This document shows positions 36,405 to 42,332 of a DNA stretch of 42,332 nt, piece after piece. This DNA comes from a candidate division TA06 bacterium JGI_Cruoil_03_38_101 (GTDB lineage Bacteria; Hydrothermota; UBA3072), in the NCBI GenBank assembly GCA_002215665.1, contig NGFL01000001.1:81264-123595 (forward strand), given 5' to 3'. The stretch's first letter is position 1; each line of letters opens with the position of its first letter. A program made the position numbers and the translations under genes. Under the pieces are notes generated by a model. That model saw nothing but the letters and a program-made list of their open reading frames with translations. It was not told the origin of the DNA and did not search any database.

Positions 36405-37352
36405 TCAATCATTAAATTTAACTTTTCGAGTATCACTTACACAAGACGGCCTATCTGAATTCGGAAAAACGATCTCCCGGATAAAATGAACAATCTCGTT
36501 ATCTGCTTTCGTAGAAAATTTAACTATTACTTCTTCACCCTGGTTTACTTGTATAGGTTCAGCAATTGGGAAAAAGGATTGACACCATTGTGTCAAAGGT
36601 TGATCAGGGGCTGTATCTAGTATAATTCCTCCCGGGAATATAACCCGGAACCAGCCAGCAAGGCCATGACAAAAGCCCTCTCTTACGACTTTGAAATGTT
36701 TCTCTACTTTAAAGTTAGAGTGCTTCGCACACTTCATATCTATGTTAATTATCCTAACAGGATTGCTTAAGATATTATCTAAGTTAAAGGTAGCAATATG
36801 AACATCGTTCGCTTGACAGAATGCAAAATCTGTGTAGTCTATCCCATAGGGTTGTTTCTTCCACCGACCAATCTTCTCATTATATAATTCTCTATCTTCA
36901 ACCAGTGATAGAAATAAACTAACCGTTTCTGGAAGCATTTTCCCTTCAGGTTTTAGAAAGCGGTCTCTTGCAGATGCCAAACTGGGCAACATATTTTCCT
37001 GAACGGCAAAAACACCTAACCATTCAGACACTATACAATCGGCCTTTTCAGGAATGTCAACCTCTTCTGCCCTACCCTTTATAAACTCTATTCGATTTTT
37101 AAAACCATTCCTCTCTGCTATCTGTCTGGCCAAATTTATTATCCCTGTGGGCTCAATAGCATATACCTTCTTGGCTCCTGCCTTAGCAGCAAATAGAGCA
37201 AGAATTCCTGTTCCTGTACCTACATCAATAACAATATCACCATCTCTTACATTGGCTTCGATGGCTCTTTGATATGTCTTTGTTCGTATACTATCTGATA
37301 GCATCAAATCATGGATTCTTAATGAATCATATTTTGGTATAAAGAATGAAAT
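36405..37352 (-). CDS. Eukaryote-type protein arginine N-methyltransferase (PRMT)-like enzyme, probable AUU start
   Basis: Y..L.IHDLMLSDSIRTKTY, VIDVGTGTGIL, VYAIE, double-E loop SEWLGVFAVQE, FLKPEGKMLP, beta-barrel with GLAGWF, THW-equivalent TQW. Confidence 0.85.
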   Translation of the reverse strand: MSFFIPKYDSLRIHDLMLSDSIRTKTYQRAIEANVRDGDIVIDVGTGTGILALFAAKAGAKKVYAIEPTGIINLARQIAERNGFKNRIEFIKGRAEEVDIPEKADCIVSEWLGVFAVQENMLPSLASARDRFLKPEGKMLPETVSLFLSLVEDRELYNEKIGRWKKQPYGIDYTDFAFCQANDVHIATFNLDNILSNPVRIINIDMKCAKHSNFKVEKHFKVVREGFCHGLAGWFRVIFPGGIILDTAPDQPLTQWCQSFFPIAEPIQVNQGEEVIVKFSTKADNEIVHFIREIVFPNSDRPSCVSDTRKVKFND

Positions 37353-37380
37353 AATTTCCTCCTACTTTAAACGCAATTGC

Positions 37381-37458
37381 AGATAATGGTCGGCGGATAA
37401 AAGAAATTGTGGAAGGCATTTTGGGTAAGCGATGTGAGCCTTTTATCAGCTGTTTGGT
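37381..37458 (-). mobile_element. Degenerate attC-like site
   Basis: ACCAAAC-AGCTGATAAAAG ... CTTTTATCCGCCGACC-ATTATCT; the inner arms pair and the cores are mutated. Confidence 0.55.
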
Positions 37459-37511
37459 GACTGAGCCGAAAGCGAAGCAAGGGAGCGATAGAGACTGCAG
37501 AGTCGTTGACG

Positions 37512-37528
37512 AAGGGTGTCCTACCCTT
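37512..37528 (-). terminator. Short hairpin after dfx stop
   Basis: AAGGGT-AGGAC-ACCCTT; weak U tract on the minus strand. Confidence 0.3.
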
Positions 37529-37903
37529 TTATGATTCCCACAGACCATGGAGATTGCAATATTCTCTTGCCTCAATTTTCTCTGTTTCCATCACGAACTC
37601 CGCTTCTGGTTTTTCTCCCGGTTTAAGGAACTTTCTATAGCTTCTGCCGTCTGTCACTATCTCGATCCATTCTATGTAATGCTTCTTTTCCATCGGATGT
37701 GGAACTGAACCAACTTTGACTTTTATTTCTGTTCCTGTTTTTTCGATAACAGGCACATGTTTTTCATGACCAACGTCTTCCGTCTTTTCTTTGAGTAATT
37801 CCATTGGTTGTCCGCAACATACAAGCTGTCCTATCTCAGAATGCAGAACCTCAACTATATTGCCACAGATATTGCATTTGTAGATTTGCTTTTGTTCTGT
37901 CAT
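37529..37903 (-). CDS. dfx: Desulfoferrodoxin (2Fe superoxide reductase)
   Basis: CNICGN...VCCG centre I; EKHVP, HPM...HYIEW, CNLHG centre II. ATG 37903 has a GGAGG SD. Confidence 0.95.
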   Translation of the reverse strand: MTEQKQIYKCNICGNIVEVLHSEIGQLVCCGQPMELLKEKTEDVGHEKHVPVIEKTGTEIKVKVGSVPHPMEKKHYIEWIEIVTDGRSYRKFLKPGEKPEAEFVMETEKIEAREYCNLHGLWES

Positions 37904-37916
37904 ATTATCCACCTCC

Positions 37917-38321
37917 TTAATCCAAAAGTCTTTTTTCTCCAGATATTTTCTGAATGTCACTAATATCCTGAGTTGCTTCAAGACAACCAAGATATTTGCC
38001 GTCTTTATTTCTCAGATTAAAATATTGTATCAGAACTTTGTGTTTTTCCTTATTTTCACCAATAAGCAGATCAATCCAAAAACTAGCTTTGTCTCGTTTC
38101 CCTTCTTTCATCTCCTTTAAAATCTGTTCAACTTTATCAAGACTTTTTTTCGGATGACAGTTACGAACATCTCTGCCGACAATTCCAGGGGGTCTTCTAA
38201 ATATTCTTGTTTCATTTTTATTCCAGCCTAAGACCCTATCATTTTCATCAACAACGGAAAATTCGATGGGGATCGTTTCCAATAAGGCATTCAATACATC
38301 ATCAGGCAACTTTCCAATCAT
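37917..38321 (-). CDS. Stand-alone PAS-domain protein (PAS_10-like)
   Basis: [12 protein letters not shown]...RIF.R...[11 protein letters not shown]...YLG.LE.TQDI. Confidence 0.85.
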   Translation of the reverse strand: MIGKLPDDVLNALLETIPIEFSVVDENDRVLGWNKNETRIFRRPPGIVGRDVRNCHPKKSLDKVEQILKEMKEGKRDKASFWIDLLIGENKEKHKVLIQYFNLRNKDGKYLGCLEATQDISDIQKISGEKRLLD

Positions 38322-38335
38322 TTTTCAACACCTCT

Positions 38336-38920
38336 TTAGTATTCTTCACATTTAAGCTCAAAGTAATTTTTGGAATGACTGCATGAGGGACATTCTTCTG
38401 GTGGTTCCTCTCCTTCATGTATGTAACCGCATTTTCTACACACCCAATAAACTTTTTTCTCTTTCTTGAAGACTGTATTTCCTTCAACCTCTTTTAGTAA
38501 TTTTCTGAATCTCTCTTCATGATGCTTTTCTGCAACTGCAATCGCCCTCAATCTTTTAGCAATTTCTGGGAAACCTTCTTTTTCAGCAATATCTGCAAAC
38601 TCTGGATACATCTGAGTGTATTCGTAATTTTCGCCAGCAATTGCAGCTTTTAGGTTTTCTGCAGAGTTGCCTAAAATTGTTGAAACCAGAGCTTCAACTT
38701 TAATTTCATCAAGATTTTCACTGCTTTTCTTTTTCAACTCATTGATTAGTCTAAACAACCATTTGGCATGTTCTCTTTCGTTTTCTGCAGTAACTAAAAA
38801 GATCTCTGCAATCTTCTCAAATCCTTCTTTCTGGGCAATTTTTGCGTAGAAGGTATAGCGGTTTCTTGCCTGGCTTTCCCCAATAAATGCTTTGCTTAAG
38901 TTTTCAATTGTGTTTTCCAT
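38336..38920 (-). CDS. rbr: Rubrerythrin
   Basis: [26 protein letters not shown]-terminal CxxC...CxxC. ATG 38920 has a GGAGG SD. Confidence 0.96.
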   Translation of the reverse strand: MENTIENLSKAFIGESQARNRYTFYAKIAQKEGFEKIAEIFLVTAENEREHAKWLFRLINELKKKSSENLDEIKVEALVSTILGNSAENLKAAIAGENYEYTQMYPEFADIAEKEGFPEIAKRLRAIAVAEKHHEERFRKLLKEVEGNTVFKKEKKVYWVCRKCGYIHEGEEPPEECPSCSHSKNYFELKCEEY

Positions 38921-38960
38921 AGTTTTTACCTCCATTATTTAATTATCTTATTCTTCTTAT

Positions 38961-38988
38961 AGTCTATCATTTTGATGCCCGAAGTCAA
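38961..38988 (-). promoter_or_regulatory. Promoter of rbr-PAS-dfx operon
   Basis: TTGACT(38988-38983)-N16-TAGACT(38966-38961). Confidence 0.65.
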
Positions 38989-38994
38989 GATTTC

Positions 38995-39080
38995 ATCTGA
39001 CGTTCCCAGAGTTTCTGGAGAGCCAAAAAGGCATTTGGGTGAAAGTGCATCAGCACTGAAGCCAGAGCTTTGTGTTATTG
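38995..39080 (-). mobile_element. Degenerate attC-like site
   Basis: CAATAAC-ACAAAGCTCTGG ... CCAGAAACTCTGGGAAC-GTCAGAT; shares CCCAAA(A)TGCCTT with the 37.4 kb site. Confidence 0.6.
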
Positions 39081-39091
39081 GGCATCGGACA

Positions 39092-39649
39092 TTAGGTAGT
39101 TTTAGGAACGTCGACCGCAGACTTTTCTCCAAGATGAATTAGCAAACTAACTTCGCCTATTGTGATTACTGTTTTGAACACAACCGCGCCTATTGCACAG
39201 GCCACATAGAAACCCAGTATGGTATTCGGTGGCCAGGGGAAAAAGTCAGGAATACCAAAGCTGGCTCCGAACTGGACACTCAAAATAGGGGCTCCACCGA
39301 CCCACACCAGCACAGGAATAACGATGAAAGAAGCTGCGGGCAAACTGGAGTAGAGAGATAGAAAAAACGACGTTTTCAAGACCTTATGTGCTGATGCTCT
39401 AGCTCGGAGCCACAAACCGAAAATAATACCCCATACAAAAGCCAACCCTACGCTAAAGACTGGTATTCCCATTCCTGTGATTATAGCGATACACTCAACA
39501 AAGTATATACCAATAAGGATCGTGAAGTAACGAAAAACTCTCATTGGCTTCCCGATCACTTTGCTGAGCCGCCTTGCAATAGGAATAGCACAACCAATCC
39601 CAACAACCAAATTAACTATGACTAAAGTATATTCAGCCATGTTTCCCAT
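39092..39649 (-). CDS. Membrane protein of unknown function
   Basis: About 5 hydrophobic segments; followed by an attC-like site. Confidence 0.75.
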   Translation of the reverse strand: MGNMAEYTLVIVNLVVGIGCAIPIARRLSKVIGKPMRVFRYFTILIGIYFVECIAIITGMGIPVFSVGLAFVWGIIFGLWLRARASAHKVLKTSFFLSLYSSLPAASFIVIPVLVWVGGAPILSVQFGASFGIPDFFPWPPNTILGFYVACAIGAVVFKTVITIGEVSLLIHLGEKSAVDVPKTT

Positions 39650-39711
39650 CTCATACCTTACATATTCCTGTTTTGTCTAAAAGGTTGTAACGATAGTTTT
39701 CCAGAACTTTC

Positions 39712-40197
39712 TTACTTAATACTGTAAACACCTTCTAAACCAATCATAGGGACAATAGGAATAACATCTGGGAACTCTTCTTTTACACAAGGGTTTATAC
39801 AATGAGGAGCATACATAAGACCAAAGTCAGCGGAAAGATCAAGACGAGGGAGACAAGACCACGTCATTCCCCCGTTAAAATGAATACCTGTGACATCATA
39901 CCGTGTTCTTTCTTTCTGTTGTTGTCCATATTCGTTAAACCGTATCGTAGTGTAACCAAAACCTCCCTGGACATAGGGGGACCATTTTTCTTTCTCTTTA
40001 AATAAATATCTGAAATTCACCACCATCCGCATAATAGGACCCATTCTAGTGGGAAAACCACCAGCTGAAAAGTTTACAGATACCTTATCCTTCAATTTTG
40101 CATTAAATAAAACCGAAGGTATTGGTCCACCTACGAAATCTATTTTTACTCCTATTCCTATTTCCGTTATACCCAATAAAATAATCAAAATATTCAT
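39712..40197 (-). CDS. Putative small outer-membrane beta-barrel/exported protein
   Basis: Alternating beta-strand pattern, SPYVQGGFGY, C-terminal IGLEGVYSIK; very short hydrophobic N-terminus. Confidence 0.65.
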   Translation of the reverse strand: MNILIILLGITEIGIGVKIDFVGGPIPSVLFNAKLKDKVSVNFSAGGFPTRMGPIMRMVVNFRYLFKEKEKWSPYVQGGFGYTTIRFNEYGQQQKERTRYDVTGIHFNGGMTWSCLPRLDLSADFGLMYAPHCINPCVKEEFPDVIPIVPMIGLEGVYSIK

Positions 40198-40346
40198 TCT
40201 ACCTTCTTTCTATGCCTCAAAATGTCGCCTAACTTGTTTATATCCGCATTGGTTATATACTTCCGATTTAGCATTATAAATGAAATATTTTGAAGCTCTT
40301 GTAAATAACTAATTCTGAAAGTTCTAATAACTTGTTCAACTACCAT
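40194..40346 (-). CDS. Putative leaderless 50-aa leader ORF crossing the attI-like site
   Basis: MVVEQVIRTFRISYLQELQNISFIMLNRKYITNADINKLGDILRHRKKVE*. ATG is 6 nt after the -10 box; the stop overlaps the next start (ATGA). Confidence 0.45.
   Translation of the reverse strand: MVVEQVIRTFRISYLQELQNISFIMLNRKYITNADINKLGDILRHRKKVE
40220..40242 (-). repeat. attI-like core, copy 1 of a 23-bp direct repeat
   Basis: TATAAACAA-GTTAGGC-GACATTT, identical at 40561-40583; GTTRRRY core without an attC left arm. Confidence 0.7.
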
Positions 40347-40352
40347 ATATTT

Positions 40353-40380
40353 AATATAGAGAATTTCCTTCCAATGTCAA
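40353..40380 (-). promoter_or_regulatory. Promoter of module copy A
   Basis: TTGACA(40380-40375)-N16-TATATT(40358-40353)-N6-ATG(40346). Confidence 0.7.
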
Positions 40381-40538
40381 TGAGTTGTTTTCTTATTTTG
40401 AAAAGGAGAAAGGGCTTGTTCTATTTTCCAGCCTGACCCCGTTGTTTTCATAAAGATGTCAAAAGTCTTACTGGGCAAATCACTAGGAGTAGCTAACTCT
40501 AAAATTTCAAAAGTTCGCTTTTTAATTTTTCGACTCAT
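40377..40538 (-). pseudogene. Truncated ion-transport (K+ channel-like) gene fragment
   Basis: MSRKIKKRTFEILELATPSDLPSKTFDIFM resembles the N-terminus of ion-transporter proteins up to the first TM, then breaks at GGGGTCAGGC. Confidence 0.55.
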
Positions 40539-40560
40539 CCTACCTCTTTAATACCGCCAG

Positions 40561-40583
40561 AAATGTCGCCTAACTTGTTTATA
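40561..40583 (-). repeat. attI-like core, copy 2, fused to a cassette-end remnant
   Basis: Exact 23-bp copy of 40220-40242, overlapped by ACTTCAGCTA (40591-40582). Confidence 0.7.
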
Positions 40584-40612
40584 GCTGAAGTAGCCATTCC
40601 CTATATTCCTAA

Positions 40613-41380
40613 TCAGTCTATACTCCTATTAATCATTACAATATATGGAGAATCTTCTTTGAAAGGAGTCTCAAGAGACCTATCTCCAAGCATTTCCTCG
40701 ATTTTAAAATTTGCATTTGTTAAAAGCATTTGCAGTTCATCAGGAAAAAACATCCGCAATTCTTCAACTCCTGACTCAATTGCTGTTTTGTTGTTCTCTT
40801 GAATAATAAAGGTATGATCCAAATGCATTGTTCTCTTTAACTTATCTATGTAACCGCTGCTTAACCAAATCACTTTAGTTTTCGCATCCTCGGCAAAGTC
40901 TTTTCTTGTCTCGACCGAAAGCATTTCCCATCCATTACTTACGTCAAAAATAAAAAGCCCATTAGGCGTAATTGCTCGCTTTATACTATTTAAACAAGAA
41001 TTAATCTCATCATAGGTTCTCAATTCCATAAAGGACATACCGAGGCAACAAACAACATCAAATTCAGAACCAAATTTTAGATCTCTCATATCACCATAAG
41101 TAAATCTTACTTGGAGATCAGTAGTATTTTTAATCTTTTGTTTCGCGATATTAAGCATTTCTTGGGACAAATCGACTCCTGTAACATCATATCCCTTTTT
41201 AGCCATAAAAATGGCATGGTTACCAGTTCCGCAAGCTATATCAAGTATACGATGTGCAACAGGAAGGTATTCCCTTATAGCCGAATTAAGGAATTCCGCT
41301 TGTTGTTCATAATTTCTAAAATAATGAGTCAAATCGTAATATTTGGCTAATTTAGTGTAACGGAGATCTTTTATCGCCAT
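40613..41380 (-). CDS. Class I SAM-dependent methyltransferase
   Basis: LAKYYD, ILDIACGTGNH, GVDLSQEML, GDMRDL, PNGLFIFD. ATG 41380 has a GAGG SD. Confidence 0.9.
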   Translation of the reverse strand: MAIKDLRYTKLAKYYDLTHYFRNYEQQAEFLNSAIREYLPVAHRILDIACGTGNHAIFMAKKGYDVTGVDLSQEMLNIAKQKIKNTTDLQVRFTYGDMRDLKFGSEFDVVCCLGMSFMELRTYDEINSCLNSIKRAITPNGLFIFDVSNGWEMLSVETRKDFAEDAKTKVIWLSSGYIDKLKRTMHLDHTFIIQENNKTAIESGVEELRMFFPDELQMLLTNANFKIEEMLGDRSLETPFKEDSPYIVMINRSID

Positions 41381-41428
41381 TGTCTTCCTCACTGACTAAT
41401 GCCATTTTAGACATGGCAATCACCGACT

Positions 41429-41461
41429 ATTTCAGCTATCGGGGTGGCGGATGAGCGAAGC
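41429..41461 (-). mobile_element. Degenerate attC-like right arm
   Basis: GCTTCGCTCATCCGCCACCCC-GATAGCT-GAAAT; complementary to ACTTCAGCTA at the other end of the methyltransferase. Confidence 0.55.
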
Positions 41462-41720
41462 GTCGCAAACACTCTGATAATAATTAAAAGGCTTTTGATA
41501 GGTGACATTCAACATATATATATTTATATATTAAAGGTTGGAGTTTGTCAACTAAAAAAGGGGGTACAGTATGGAATTCGTTTTTAGCCAGAAGGATAAA
41601 AGCCCCTCCGAGACAGACAAAATGACTGTTAATAGACCAATCATTTGCAAAGAATTAATAGATTTTGCTCTAAGGCCAGTCTGTTATTTGTGCAAGAAAA
41701 CGATATTTAAGAATCGTTAC

Positions 41721-41748
41721 CTGTCTGCGTGCGGACACGCACAGGCAG
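41721..41748. repeat. GC-rich REP-like palindrome
   Basis: CTGTCTGCGTG-CGGA-CACGCACAGGCAG. Confidence 0.55.
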
Positions 41749-41861
41749 AAATGGGAAATTTTTCCCCTCGACAAAAAGCCTTTAATATGTGTTAAGTGAG
41801 GGCGGTAGCACCGAACAACCCAAAAGATTGCGAAGAGTCGGGGAGGAAAGGCACATAACAT

Positions 41862-42332
41862 TCATTTTCGCATCCTCTGTTTTGTTCTCTCCATGTTTGA
41901 CGTTACATTCTTATAATATACGGGATATTTCTCAACAGTGTAGATTTTTAGAGCCTCTTCACAGGCATGTGTTGCTTTGGTGAGATTCTTCTCCTTATCT
42001 TGAACCCTGGAAAGGATACCGTAGGCAGTTCCAAGATTATTCTGAGTCATAGCATAGTCAAGGGGATATTTCTCAACAGTGTAGATTTTTAGAGCCTCTT
42101 CATAGGCATGAATTGCTTTGGTGAGATTCTTCTCCTTATCTTGAACCCTGGAAAGGATACCGTAGGCAGTTCCAAGATTATTCTGAGTTATAGCATAGTC
42201 AAGGGGATATTTTTCAACGGTTCTGATTTTTAGAGCCTCTTCATAGGCACATATTGCTTTGGTAAGATTCTCCACCTTATCTCGAACCTCAGAAAGAGTC
42301 CTATAGGCAGTCCCAAGATTATTCTGAGTCAT
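41862..42332 (-). CDS. TPR-like protein with 47-aa (141-bp) tandem repeats, 5' end probably beyond window
   Basis: Three near-identical units TQNNLGTAY...AI.AYEEALKI.TVEKYPLDYA. Confidence 0.9.
   Translation of the reverse strand: MTQNNLGTAYRTLSEVRDKVENLTKAICAYEEALKIRTVEKYPLDYAITQNNLGTAYGILSRVQDKEKNLTKAIHAYEEALKIYTVEKYPLDYAMTQNNLGTAYGILSRVQDKEKNLTKATHACEEALKIYTVEKYPVYYKNVTSNMERTKQRMRK

Noticed and set aside
37327-37575. 82-aa ORF, and likewise 38935-39132 and 35824-36072
   Set aside because: These read through attC-like or promoter DNA, overlap real genes and have no SD or recognisable motifs.
39650-39711. attC between the 39.6 and 39.7 kb genes
   Set aside because: Only a lone GTTACAA with no pairing arms.
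40250-40300. The chromosomal dif site
   Set aside because: Only a 9/11 XerD-like arm is present, with no convincing XerC arm at a 6-bp spacing. Kept only as a hint.
41521-41551. Another copy of the 16-bp promoter/leader module
   Set aside because: TTGACA is present, but there is no TAnnnT at 16 or 17 nt and only weak leader similarity.
32478-42332. CRISPR array, prophage or intact IS in the accessory region
   Set aside because: There are no regularly spaced repeats with unique spacers, and no phage structural, cas or transposase ORFs.
1-42332. Alternative genetic code or selenocysteine readthrough
   Set aside because: Conserved genes are full length with TAA, TAG and TGA all used as stops at expected ends.

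Overview
AT-rich (roughly mid-30s % GC by eye) chromosomal window from a diderm, probably anaerobic bacterium. It has LPS transport, BamD, Mla, RNase Y, sigma-54, rubrerythrin and superoxide reductase; an FCB-adjacent candidate phylum such as WOR-3 is my inference only. Bases 1-32.5 kb are core genome: a type IV pilin-like gene (partial) with a sigma-54-like promoter, a GAF-GAF-GGDEF cyclase, an ABC permease, an HD protein, mlaE-mlaD, suhB, xerC, tmRNA, divIVA-PNP-TPR-bamD-nadD, lptCAB-rpoN-dapH-rnr, an MBL-fold gene with panD-lipA-rseC, tRNA-Val, and thrS-infC-rpmI-rplT-pheST-zapB-zapA-rny-ymdB-folD-xseA. Bases 32.5-42.3 kb are an accessory region whose genes all lie on the minus strand. They are separated by intact and decayed attC-like sites and a duplicated attI-like sequence, with no integron integrase in the window. 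Cargo includes a eukaryote-type protein arginine methyltransferase (PRMT) homologue, an oxidative-stress operon, beta-barrel and membrane proteins, and several gene fragments. Four patterns stand out: (1) about 13 promoters share a TTGACA-N16-TAnnnT geometry, and 8 place an ATG 6-7 nt behind the -10 box, implying leaderless mRNAs; (2) a repeated promoter-plus-leader module sits in front of cassettes; (3) several exported proteins have ultra-short signal-like N-termini; (4) three genes appear to use AUU/AUA starts.
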